This document shows positions 28,145-37,815 of a DNA stretch of 64,000 bases, in pieces. The notes under the pieces were generated by a model that worked only from the letters and a program-made list of their open reading frames with translations, was not told where the DNA came from and made no database searches. The stretch spans positions 73,045 to 137,044 of the forward strand of contig JACPGU010000003.1 of assembly GCA_016188915.1 (NCBI GenBank), written 5' to 3'. The position numbers and the translations under genes are program-made. The DNA comes from Candidatus Microgenomates bacterium (lineage in GTDB: Bacteria > Patescibacteriota > JACPGU01). The number at the start of each line of letters is the position of its first letter. Position 1 is the stretch's first letter.

Positions 28145-30406
28145 ATGAATATTAATCGTCTAGAAAAAATACTTGTTTTTGTTATCAAAACCCTTTCTTT
28201 TGGAGTTCTAATTACTCCTCTTTTGCCAGCAATTTTGTTTCAGGTTTTTCTTTTTCCCCATGCTTTTGGCAAGATGATTTTTGCTCAAGGATTGATAGGG
28301 GTTATTCTCACACTATATCTTATTCTATGTTTCTTTTGCGCTGAATATAGGCCAAAATTATTTTTCTCTTCCAAGAACAGAATTAGAAAGAAGTATAATT
28401 GGGTGCTTATTATTGCCACTTTATTTGTTTTAGCCCTAGGGATAACGACATTTTTTAGTATTGACCCCTCGGTCAGTTTTTGGGGAACACTAGGGTGGAA
28501 TAATGGATTATTAACCATATTATACTGTTTTTCATTTTTTATAGTCCTTTTATCGCTTTTGCCTGAAAGAAAATTTCTTAAAAATTTCTTAAAAATTAAT
28601 TTTTATGTCGGCGTACCCATTATTCTCTACGGATTAGCGGAATACATGGGGTTTTTTGGATTACAGGTAGGTGAAGGAAGAGCTATCTCAACATTAGGTA
28701 ATGCTATATATTTTTCTTCTTATACCATATTCCCCATATTTGCTTCTTTCGCTTTAGGATCTTTGGAAAAAAGAACAAAAAAACGCTATTTGTATTTAGT
28801 GATAGGGATATTGGAAATAGTGATGGTAATTATTTCTAGCCAAACAAGGGCTTTTATAATAGGGCTGGTTATTAGTTTTATAACGGTTATATCTATTTAC
28901 GGCTTTTTTCGTCTGAATAAGACTTGGAAAAAAACATTTATTGTTACTAGTTTTTTACTTCTGGCGATTGTAGTTATTGGCGTTTGGCAAGGTCTAAATT
29001 CTGGATCTGTTTACAGATATGCTAATCGCTATCAAACAATAAAAACTCGCATAGTTGCTTGGCAGATAGCTTGGCAGGGGGTTAAGGAAAAACCTTTAAT
29101 TGGCTGGGGTATAGAAAATTTCAACGCACCTTTTGAAAAATATTTTGATTATAATTTTTATACTCCTAATGCCGATGGTACGCTGTCAGAGCCCGGGGTA
29201 GACTTTCCTCATAATAAAATTTTAGAAGTAGCGGTGTCAAACGGAATCTTTTCTGTAACTCTATATCTGGCTTTATTTATTGTTTTATTCTCAGCCCTTG
29301 TTTTTTATTATAAAAAAACACGACGCATTTTCTTTTTAGCCATTTTAGGGCTTTTTGTGGCATATTTCGTTCAAAACCTTTTTGCTTTTGATTCTTTTGT
29401 ATCTTATCTTCTTTTTTTCTCTTTTTTGTCTATAGTTGGTTCTTTAGACATTGTTGATTATGAGGGAAGAACACTATTTAAAAAAATAAATATAATGTTT
29501 TTGACGATTTTTTCTATAACCATCATGGGTCTTAGTGTTTTCTTGTTTTACTTTGTGACGATCAAACCAATTATAGCTAATTATTGGGCATCAAAAAGTT
29601 ATAGTGCTTACACCCAAAATAATTATAATCTTAGCCTTAGTTATTTAAAAAATATGGATAATTTAGGGATAGACTTTGTTAGCGATCGACTAAATATGCA
29701 GTTAGCTTCATCTGTCAGTAGCCGCCTTGCTGGCGCTAGTCAAATTTCTCCAGAAGAAGAAATTTATGTTATTGATATAACAAGTAGATTAGAAAAAATG
29801 ATTAGCAAGCGCCCGTATAGGATAGACAATTATACTTTGCTCGGACGCCTATACATTATTTTGGGCTATAAAGATAAAGAATATGCAATAAAAGGATTGG
29901 CAATTAGTGATAAGGCTTTTGAGGCGGGGTCTAGGAGGCTACAGACATATAACAATAAGGCTGTTTCTTTTTTTCAATTAGGTCAAAAAGAAGAAGGATT
30001 GAGTATTTTGGATCAGGCTATAGTTCTCAAGCCAGATTATGGCTTGCCGTACACATTAAAAGCACAAGCTCATCTATCATTCGGAGAAAAGGATCTGGTC
30101 TTAATCAATTTAGAAAAAGCATTTGCTTTGGGGTATATTAAACGATCTAATCTTGAGGTTTATGCTCAGATACTTTTTGATTATGGAAAAAACAATGAGG
30201 CGATAGAGGCATTGACAAAAATAGTTGATTTATCTGGGAGCGATGCTAAATCTTTATATTATCTTGCTGATGGATATAAGAGAATTGGAGATAAAGAGAA
30301 AGCAAAAATTATTATAGAGAATATGACGGAAAAATTTCCAGAATATAAAGTGCAGGGGGATATCTTTTTGCAAGCTTTAGAGAAAGAGAGTAGAACAAAA
30401 AAATGA
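28145..30406 (+). CDS. O-antigen-ligase-like (Wzy_C) polytopic membrane protein with C-terminal TPR repeats
   Basis: More than 10 TM helices. Wzy_C-like loop region. C-terminal TPR-like repeats (YTLKAQAHLSFGEKDLVLINLEKAFALG...). Confidence 0.6.
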   Translation: MNINRLEKILVFVIKTLSFGVLITPLLPAILFQVFLFPHAFGKMIFAQGLIGVILTLYLILCFFCAEYRPKLFFSSKNRIRKKYNWVLIIATLFVLALGITTFFSIDPSVSFWGTLGWNNGLLTILYCFSFFIVLLSLLPERKFLKNFLKINFYVGVPIILYGLAEYMGFFGLQVGEGRAISTLGNAIYFSSYTIFPIFASFALGSLEKRTKKRYLYLVIGILEIVMVIISSQTRAFIIGLVISFITVISIYGFFRLNKTWKKTFIVTSFLLLAIVVIGVWQGLNSGSVYRYANRYQTIKTRIVAWQIAWQGVKEKPLIGWGIENFNAPFEKYFDYNFYTPNADGTLSEPGVDFPHNKILEVAVSNGIFSVTLYLALFIVLFSALVFYYKKTRRIFFLAILGLFVAYFVQNLFAFDSFVSYLLFFSFLSIVGSLDIVDYEGRTLFKKINIMFLTIFSITIMGLSVFLFYFVTIKPIIANYWASKSYSAYTQNNYNLSLSYLKNMDNLGIDFVSDRLNMQLASSVSSRLAGASQISPEEEIYVIDITSRLEKMISKRPYRIDNYTLLGRLYIILGYKDKEYAIKGLAISDKAFEAGSRRLQTYNNKAVSFFQLGQKEEGLSILDQAIVLKPDYGLPYTLKAQAHLSFGEKDLVLINLEKAFALGYIKRSNLEVYAQILFDYGKNNEAIEALTKIVDLSGSDAKSLYYLADGYKRIGDKEKAKIIIENMTEKFPEYKVQGDIFLQALEKESRTKK

Positions 30407-31734
30407 TCTATCGCGACAAATTACTTTGGAAAAAAATGATAGTTTTGGGAGGAGATTTTTTGTGGCTTTTTGTAGCACTTTTTGCCGCTCTTTTCGTCCG
30501 TCGTGGGCATTGGCCGGAAGAAGCGATTTGGGCTGGGCACTTTTGGAGCTTTCTGCCAATATTTTTGCTTTGGGTAGCAATTTTTTTTATTATTGACCTT
30601 TACCATTACAAGATTCTCCAAAACCTCTACAGGACGCTTTTTAGCCTTTTTGGGGGCGTATTGATTGCTACTTTTCTGACAGCGATATTTTTTTACATTT
30701 TTTTGCCAATTACCGTTATCAGTCCAAAGGTTACTCTGATTTTAGTATCTGTGGTTAGTTTTACCATCTTGGGATCTTGGCGAGGATTTTGCTATCTTGT
30801 TTTTTTTAGAAAAATATGGCGACAAAATGTTCTTATCTTGACAAACGACGATGGTGCCGATAGATTTCCTTTCGGAATGGTTAAATCAGGGGGAATAGAA
30901 TATGATATTTCTGTTCTCCCACTCAATAGTTTTGATATTGGACAAATTGTCAAAGAGCAAAAGATAGACGAAATTGTGGTCGCCTTTGATTATAAAAAAG
31001 ATTACAATTTAGCGCGCGATTTGGTCAAAATAGCGAGTAGTGGAGTCAAAATATTGGAATGGCCACTTTTTTACGAAAAAATTTATGCCAAAATACCGGT
31101 GGCTGAGATTGATCATTTTTGGTTTTTGCATCACACTGACGAAGCGGAGAAGAAAGGCTATGAACGCTTCAAAAGATTTTTGGATATATTCCTCTCTTTT
31201 TTTCTATTGATTTGCTTTTCTATCCTTTTACCATTTCTCGCCCTGAGCATAAAATCTTCCAAAGGACCGATTTTTTATCGACAAAAAAGAGTAGGCAAGA
31301 ACGGAAAGATCTTTACTCTGGTCAAATTAAGAACAATGAAGGAGGGGGCAGAGGAAAATGGGGCGCAATGGGCTGAAGAGAATGATCCTAGAACGACTTG
31401 GTTTGGCAGGTTTCTTCGCCGAACCAGATTAGATGAAATACCCCAACTTTGGAATATTCTGAAGGGAGAGATGAGCTTGGTTGGCCCGCGACCAGAAAGG
31501 CCTGAATTCACGGCTGCTTTAGCTGAAAAAATACCATTCTATAATCATCGCCATATTGTTCGTCCGGGGCTAACTGGACACGCGCAAATTGTCCATCCTT
31601 ACGCTGCATCCATAGAAGACAGTCTTGAAAAAGTGGCTTATGACCTGTATTATATTAAAAATAGGTCACTATTTCTTTATTGCAAAATAATTCTTAGAAC
31701 AATAAAAAGTATTCTAATCTTTCAGGGACGATAA
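30403..31734 (+). CDS. Polyprenyl-phosphate glycosyl-phosphotransferase (WbaP/PglC 'bacterial sugar transferase' family), priming enzyme
   Basis: C-terminal catalytic domain KLRTM....GRFLRRTRLDEIPQLWNILKGEMSLVGPRPERPEF. N-terminal TM helices. Confidence 0.8.
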   Translation: MIYRDKLLWKKMIVLGGDFLWLFVALFAALFVRRGHWPEEAIWAGHFWSFLPIFLLWVAIFFIIDLYHYKILQNLYRTLFSLFGGVLIATFLTAIFFYIFLPITVISPKVTLILVSVVSFTILGSWRGFCYLVFFRKIWRQNVLILTNDDGADRFPFGMVKSGGIEYDISVLPLNSFDIGQIVKEQKIDEIVVAFDYKKDYNLARDLVKIASSGVKILEWPLFYEKIYAKIPVAEIDHFWFLHHTDEAEKKGYERFKRFLDIFLSFFLLICFSILLPFLALSIKSSKGPIFYRQKRVGKNGKIFTLVKLRTMKEGAEENGAQWAEENDPRTTWFGRFLRRTRLDEIPQLWNILKGEMSLVGPRPERPEFTAALAEKIPFYNHRHIVRPGLTGHAQIVHPYAASIEDSLEKVAYDLYYIKNRSLFLYCKIILRTIKSILIFQGR

Positions 31735-31743
31735 GACGATACT

Positions 31744-32499
31744 ATGGAAAATTTCAAAGATTTATTATTTGAGTTCGTCAAAGCTGACTTCAAGCTTCGC
31801 TACAAAAATTCAGCACTTGGTTTTATTTGGGTACTTTTGAAGCCATTTTTGATGTTTTTGATTTTATATTTGGTGTTCAACTTTATTTTTAAATCTCAAG
31901 ATCCCAATTATGCCCTAAACCTTCTCCTGGGAATTATTATCTTCTATTTTTTTTCTGAGAGTACTATGCGAGGGCTGACTTCGCTTTGGGATAGATCCAG
32001 CATCATTCTCAAAGTTAATTTTAATCGACAATTAGTCATTTTTGCCCCCATTATTAATGCCTTTATAAACTTTTTCTTTAGTATGACGATCTTTTTCATT
32101 TTCTGGTTTTTTGCGCCCACCCCTATCACTTGGTGGTGGCTTATCTTTCCTGTCTATATATTAATTTTGGCATTATTTATTTTAGGTTTTTCTTTCTATG
32201 CCAGTGTTTGGTATGCTAGGGCACGAGATCTAGCCAATATCTGGGAAGTCGTCCTATCTTTGCTTTTTTATGTCACCCCCATCGTTTATCCCATTAATAT
32301 AATCCCAGCTCAATATCATTCGATGATGAACATTAATCCTCTTACCTCAATAATTCGTGATAGTCGTCTTATCTTGATCTATGGTCATATGCCGGGACTT
32401 TATTCAATAATCTATGTTGGAGGTGTCGGTTTATTTTTGGCTATCACTGGTTGGTTCTATTTTAAAAAGAGCATGAAGAAGATAGCGGAGGAGTTGTGA
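31744..32499 (+). CDS. ABC-2-type polysaccharide exporter permease (Wzm/TagG-like)
   Basis: FKLRYKNSALGFIWVLLKPFLMFLILYLVF and a 6-TM topology. Confidence 0.75.
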   Translation: MENFKDLLFEFVKADFKLRYKNSALGFIWVLLKPFLMFLILYLVFNFIFKSQDPNYALNLLLGIIIFYFFSESTMRGLTSLWDRSSIILKVNFNRQLVIFAPIINAFINFFFSMTIFFIFWFFAPTPITWWWLIFPVYILILALFILGFSFYASVWYARARDLANIWEVVLSLLFYVTPIVYPINIIPAQYHSMMNINPLTSIIRDSRLILIYGHMPGLYSIIYVGGVGLFLAITGWFYFKKSMKKIAEEL

Positions 32500-33221
32500 T
32501 GGGAGATAATATTGCAATAAAAATAGAAGGTGTCTCCAAAACATTTTGGATACCAAAAGAGAAAAGAATAACCCTCAAAGATCGTTTTTTGAGCTTTTAT
32601 CGTCGCAATAATTATGAAAAATTTGTAGCACTTTCTGACATCAGTTTTGAAGTAAAGAAAGGCGAGTCAGTAGGGATAGTGGGTCCGAACGGGTCTGGTA
32701 AGTCCACTTTACTCAAGATATTGGCTGGCATTTACGCGCCAGATTCTGGCAAGGTGGCTGTACATGGCAAAATAGTTTCTTTTTTGGAGCTGGGGGTGGG
32801 ATTCAACTACGAACTTACAGGGAGAGAAAATATCTATCTAAACGGGGTTATCTTGGGGCTGAAGAAGAAAGAGATTGACACAAAGTTTGATAGCGTAGTT
32901 ACTTTTTCCGGGATAGACAGGAGATTTCTCTCTACTCCGATAATGCATTATTCTTCTGGTATGATAGTTCGCTTGGCTTTCGCAGTAGCAGCGCATATTG
33001 AGGCCGATATTTATGTGATGGATGAGGTGCTGGCAGTTGGGGATGTAGAATTTCAAGAAAAAAGTATTACTTTTTTTAGAGAAAAACTTTCTTTGGGAAG
33101 AACACTTGTTTTCGTTTCCCATGATCGAAATGCAGTAGATAAATACACCAACAGAGTGCTGTCGCTACGGAATGGGCGATTAGTATCCGTAGATAATCAG
33201 AATATGACGGGTGGTATCTAA
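32496..33221 (+). CDS. ABC transporter ATP-binding protein (Wzt/TagH-like)
   Basis: Walker A GPNGSGKST. Signature YSSGM. Walker B MDEVLAVGD. Start overlaps the permease stop. Confidence 0.8.
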   Translation: MMGDNIAIKIEGVSKTFWIPKEKRITLKDRFLSFYRRNNYEKFVALSDISFEVKKGESVGIVGPNGSGKSTLLKILAGIYAPDSGKVAVHGKIVSFLELGVGFNYELTGRENIYLNGVILGLKKKEIDTKFDSVVTFSGIDRRFLSTPIMHYSSGMIVRLAFAVAAHIEADIYVMDEVLAVGDVEFQEKSITFFREKLSLGRTLVFVSHDRNAVDKYTNRVLSLRNGRLVSVDNQNMTGGI

Positions 33222-33266
33222 CATAAAGCATGGGATGATTTTGGGTATATTCTTAACTAATACCAT

Positions 33267-33959
33267 ATGTCTATAGAGCAACAGCTCAATTTAAAATTTC
33301 CGATTTACTGGAATGACTCGGCGGTAGAAGAGAAATATCTCATCTATCTAATTTACAAAATTATTGTCAATAGACCAATAAATATTGTTGAATTGGGCAG
33401 TGGCATCTCTTCTTTGGTGATTATAAAGACATTAGAAAAATTAGGATATTCATATAATTTTTTTTCAGTAGATTCTGACGCATTATTTTTGGAAGAGACA
33501 AAAAAAATGCTTATTTCTGAAGGTGTTTATGACGAGAAGAAAGTAAAATTAATATTTTCACCCATAACAGATATTACGATCGACGGAAATATTTATAAGT
33601 GGTACCGTTGGTCTGATTTTAATTTTAATTTTGAAAGAATTGACCTATTATTTGTGGATGGACCACAGGGGTCGTTATGTAAAAACGCACGCTATCCTGC
33701 GATGCATATTTTGGGCAAATATCTAAAAAAAGGTAGTATGGTTTTACTTCACGATGCTAAAAGAGAAGATGAAACTGAGATCGTCGAATCATGGGAAAGA
33801 GAAAATCTAATAGTTTCTAGGGTATATAAGATAGAGACCGAAAGAGGTGGTGCAGAGTTGCATTTTGATAAGCCCAGGCAAAATCATGAGAAGGCCACTG
33901 TATTTTTAGACGAGGATAACCAATACAAGAGTGAAAAACACAATAAAGCAAAAAATTAG
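33267..33959 (+). CDS. Putative class I SAM-dependent methyltransferase (TylF/CmcI-like)
   Basis: IVELGSGISSLVI Gly-rich loop and LLFVDGPQGS resemble O-methyltransferase family-3-type motifs. Weak. Confidence 0.35.
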   Translation: MSIEQQLNLKFPIYWNDSAVEEKYLIYLIYKIIVNRPINIVELGSGISSLVIIKTLEKLGYSYNFFSVDSDALFLEETKKMLISEGVYDEKKVKLIFSPITDITIDGNIYKWYRWSDFNFNFERIDLLFVDGPQGSLCKNARYPAMHILGKYLKKGSMVLLHDAKREDETEIVESWERENLIVSRVYKIETERGGAELHFDKPRQNHEKATVFLDEDNQYKSEKHNKAKN

Positions 33960-36900
33960 GGTTGTCTTTATATCTCACTCTGCAGGAATGGCAGGGGCTG
34001 AAAGATCTCTTCTCGAACTTCTCGATGGGCTAAAGTCAAGAGGGATTGTTTGCTATGTCGTTCTTCCCGCAGAAGGTATCCTTGAAGATGAATTGAAGAA
34101 AAGATTAATTCCCTATAGTATATCGCCGTATAGATTCTGGGTGATGGATGAAAACGAGAAGAAAGAAGAAGTTGAAGATGAAATAAGCTCGCAAGCAATT
34201 GAACTGGCGAGATTATTGGACTCGGTAAAGCCCGATATAATATATACTAACACATCGGTCATAAACGTAGGCGCATTAGTGGCGAGAATGCTTGGCAAGC
34301 CACATATTTGGCACATAAGGGAGTTCGGAGAGCCGAGCTATAAGCTTATACTCCCCATAAAGGAGCGTTCCAAATTTGTGCACGAGAATTCTGAGTGCGT
34401 CATATACAATTCAAAGGCCGTAAAAGAATATTATGATGGCGATAAGGATAAGGGTATTGTTATCTATAACAATATTAGCGTTGACTCCTTTTCTTCCGAT
34501 GATGATATAAAGAAAATGGGAAGGGTATTCAAAAACAAAGAATCATATAAATTGGCCACCATAGGGTCCGTTAGTGTTGGAAAAAATCAAGAAGATATAA
34601 TATTCGCAGTAAGAGATCTCGTTCGCGAGGGTATTGATATCGAGCTAGTTATTGCGGGGGATGAAGAAAGTGTATATGCCGAAAAACTAAGAAAAATTGT
34701 TTCTGATAATAAATTAGAGAATAATATTAGGTTTTTGGGATATATACATAAGCCATACCGTATTTTATCTGAAACCGATGTTTTGGTTGTTTGTTCAAAA
34801 AACGAAGCTTTTGGGAGAACTGTGGTTGAGGGGATGTTAGTGGGAAAACCGGTTATAGCCACCAGAGTTGGGGGTATACCAGAAATCATCACCGATGGTA
34901 TTAATGGATTATTATATGTTGCGGGAGACCACGGGGAGCTTTCAGAAAAGTTAAAATTTCTTTTCAATAATATTAGCAAGGCAGATTTATATGCAATAAA
35001 TGGGTATGAATTTGCCATAAAAAATTTTAATGACGACAAATATTCCGGGAAAGTGATCGAAGTATTGAGCGATCTTAACGATTTTACCATATCGGGATTT
35101 AACTCTTTGTGGGCAAATGTATGGAAACTCCAAAAGAGAGATATTGATAAAAGAAATGATGAGATTTTTAGCTTGACTAAGTCTATCCAAGAAAAAGACA
35201 AAGTGATCCTTTTACAGGAAAAATATTTGCATGATAAAGAGGATATTATCCAAGAAAAAGACAAAGTGATCATTTTACAGGAAAAATATTTGCATGATAA
35301 AGAGGATATTATCCAAGAAAAAGACATTTTAATTAAAAATAAAGACGTAGAGTTAGCCCAACATATTAAGCTGGTTCATGGGTTATTTATTTCGACGAGC
35401 TGGAGAGTGACTAGGCCATTTCGATTTATCTCAACAGTATTAAAAAGAATGTCATTGTTATTTATAAAAACATTATTCCGCCTCGCAAAGAGAGTGACCC
35501 CGGCGCTTATTAAGAAGATAATAAAAAGATGGTTTTTACTTTTTATAAAAAAAATAAAGGAAAAACACGAAGATTCATCTTGCGATGGGTCAACAGAGAC
35601 AGGAGACACCGATAATCTGCCAGTCATCTACAATGATAATTCCTTGAAGTCCGTTTATTATATCTCCAGTGTTGAGTCTGGCGGCACAAAGAAATATATT
35701 GACGATCTGCTTGATACTTTTGCCACCAAGGATATGAATTTCGTGCGAATAAAGAGTAGGGATGATTTGTTTTTTTATGAAAAATATTTCAAAGAAAGTG
35801 ATATATTATTATTTCAATATCTTCTCTACACCGATATTGAGTTTGAAGATATTATAAATATCAAAAAAGAAAAATCTTTAAAATTGGTGGTGCCAGTACA
35901 TGACTTTTATTTTTTCGGAGAAAAAAAGAATGAATTTTATGAATTTAGTCCCAAGGTGCATACCATTTATAGTAAAGAAGTTCTTTCTTTTTCACCTTTG
36001 GTTTTTGAACTATTGAATTTAGCAGATATTATTATCTATCCATCAAATTTTGTAAAAAATATTTTTGACTCGGTCTATTGTTTTAAAACTGCTCGGCTCT
36101 CTGGCCATATCGATAATAGAAATGTTAATCATGCAGCTATCTCCAACGAAGACGCGGTATCGGAAAAAATAATAAACATAGGCATAATCAATGATGCCTA
36201 TCCCCATAAAGGCGGTAGCTATTATCCCAATCTTTTTCGCCTTTATGAATATAAGGGGTACAAGATTTTTTATCATATATTCGGACATAGCAAGCTAGAT
36301 GCTCCTAACGTTATTTTTCATGGTCCCTACAGGGAGGATGAAATCTATTCTCTGTTACAGGAGAACGAGATACATGGGCTGGTCTTTCTCAATGAATATG
36401 CTGAAACCTACAGTTATTCCCTGACTAAGGGCATCAACACTAGGCTTCCCGTCCTTTATTCAAAGATAGGCGCCTATACGGAGAGGATGAGAGATAAAAC
36501 GAATTCTTTCCCACTCGGAGATATTGCCAGTATTCAAACAGAGGCATGTAAGATGTTTGACTTGATTATAAATAATCAGTGCCACGCTTTTGGTAATTCT
36601 GACATGGTTTTAGAAAAAGATATTCCAAATCTGTATCAAGAACTATTTTTAGTTGACTACGACAAGATGCTTGATGATAAATATCACAAGAACAAAAAAT
36701 ATTACGATTATCTGTTTAAAATCGTGGAGCCATACGCCATATATTTCCCCCAATTCCACGCTTTGAAGGAAAATAACAGAACATTTTATGAGGGCTATCA
36801 TGATATGGTGAACCTACAACAAGCGAAAAAAGAGGATTCTTCTTTGGAAACACCAATCAAAAACTATCTTGGATACTATAATTTAAAGAACGATCCCAGC

Positions 36901-37815
36901 ATTATTGAAAGACAGATATTGTTAGCAAAAACCCATGGCTTCAAGGGATTTGGCATTTACTATTATTGGTTCAGCCATAATTCAATAACAGGCAATGATA
37001 TGCTCATGAAGGATGTTGTCGATAAATTTTTTGAAGATAATTTTGATAGCTTTGATGTTTTTTTCATCTATGCTAATGAAAGTTGGAGCGACAATCCTGC
37101 CTTCAACCAATATACTAACGGATGTTTGATCACTAACAAATATTCCAAGGAGGAAATCATTAAAAATTTTGAGAATCTAGTGCCTTACTTCAGGCATCCA
37201 AACTATAAAAAAATAGATAATAAGCCAGTTTTTCTGATCCACCATCCACATGAGATGACAGACAGTGAAATCCGGCTCTTTGTTTCTGTTGGTGATGAAA
37301 TTGTTAAAAGTAATGGTTTTTCTGGGCTAGAGCTAATAATTAACGAAATAAAGGGAGGTAGACATTTTGGGATAACAAATTATTCTCACCACCCTGATTA
37401 TAAAGATACTACTACTCCCGTAGCTGTTGAAAATGGCATAAGATATATTGATTATCAAAAATATGTTGATGATTACTTTCCTAATACTCCTTCTCGTTTT
37501 CGCAATATCCAAACCGTTTTTTATAATTTTGATAATACTGTTCGGTATTTCAACCATAAGAATAAACAGATTTTAGTGACCAAGACAAAAAACAACAATA
37601 TTGAGTATTTCAAAAAGTTTTTGATTTCTTCGCTTAATACATATAAGCACAGAGATAAATCCCAAAAGATATTTTTGATGAATTCTTGGAACGAGTGGGG
37701 TGAGCAGATGGCTCTTGAGCCAAGTAGCGAATCTGGCTTCAGGTTGCTTGATGCTTTCTGTGAAGTAATCTTAGATTTTGCAAAAGAAGACAATCACAAA
37801 GATACAAATGATTAA
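33931..37815 (+). CDS. Giant tri-domain glycosyltransferase (1294 aa): N-terminal GT4, 21-aa tandem-repeat coiled-coil linker, central unknown domain, C-terminal WbsX-like (PF14307) domain
   Basis: GT4 EAFGRTVVEGMLVGKPVIATRVGGIPEII. Repeat IQEKDKVILLQEKYLHDKEDI twice. C-terminal GFKGFGIYYYWFSHNS resembles the WbsX YHYWF motif. GTG start at 33931 (alternative ATG 33988). Confidence 0.65.
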   Translation: MKNTIKQKIRVVFISHSAGMAGAERSLLELLDGLKSRGIVCYVVLPAEGILEDELKKRLIPYSISPYRFWVMDENEKKEEVEDEISSQAIELARLLDSVKPDIIYTNTSVINVGALVARMLGKPHIWHIREFGEPSYKLILPIKERSKFVHENSECVIYNSKAVKEYYDGDKDKGIVIYNNISVDSFSSDDDIKKMGRVFKNKESYKLATIGSVSVGKNQEDIIFAVRDLVREGIDIELVIAGDEESVYAEKLRKIVSDNKLENNIRFLGYIHKPYRILSETDVLVVCSKNEAFGRTVVEGMLVGKPVIATRVGGIPEIITDGINGLLYVAGDHGELSEKLKFLFNNISKADLYAINGYEFAIKNFNDDKYSGKVIEVLSDLNDFTISGFNSLWANVWKLQKRDIDKRNDEIFSLTKSIQEKDKVILLQEKYLHDKEDIIQEKDKVIILQEKYLHDKEDIIQEKDILIKNKDVELAQHIKLVHGLFISTSWRVTRPFRFISTVLKRMSLLFIKTLFRLAKRVTPALIKKIIKRWFLLFIKKIKEKHEDSSCDGSTETGDTDNLPVIYNDNSLKSVYYISSVESGGTKKYIDDLLDTFATKDMNFVRIKSRDDLFFYEKYFKESDILLFQYLLYTDIEFEDIINIKKEKSLKLVVPVHDFYFFGEKKNEFYEFSPKVHTIYSKEVLSFSPLVFELLNLADIIIYPSNFVKNIFDSVYCFKTARLSGHIDNRNVNHAAISNEDAVSEKIINIGIINDAYPHKGGSYYPNLFRLYEYKGYKIFYHIFGHSKLDAPNVIFHGPYREDEIYSLLQENEIHGLVFLNEYAETYSYSLTKGINTRLPVLYSKIGAYTERMRDKTNSFPLGDIASIQTEACKMFDLIINNQCHAFGNSDMVLEKDIPNLYQELFLVDYDKMLDDKYHKNKKYYDYLFKIVEPYAIYFPQFHALKENNRTFYEGYHDMVNLQQAKKEDSSLETPIKNYLGYYNLKNDPSIIERQILLAKTHGFKGFGIYYYWFSHNSITGNDMLMKDVVDKFFEDNFDSFDVFFIYANESWSDNPAFNQYTNGCLITNKYSKEEIIKNFENLVPYFRHPNYKKIDNKPVFLIHHPHEMTDSEIRLFVSVGDEIVKSNGFSGLELIINEIKGGRHFGITNYSHHPDYKDTTTPVAVENGIRYIDYQKYVDDYFPNTPSRFRNIQTVFYNFDNTVRYFNHKNKQILVTKTKNNNIEYFKKFLISSLNTYKHRDKSQKIFLMNSWNEWGEQMALEPSSESGFRLLDAFCEVILDFAKEDNHKDTND
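35188..35340 (+). repeat. 63-bp in-frame tandem repeat (~2.4 copies) inside the giant glycosyltransferase gene
   Basis: caagaaaaagacaaagtgatc...gaggatattatc recurs at 35188, 35251 and (partial) 35314. Confidence 0.8.
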
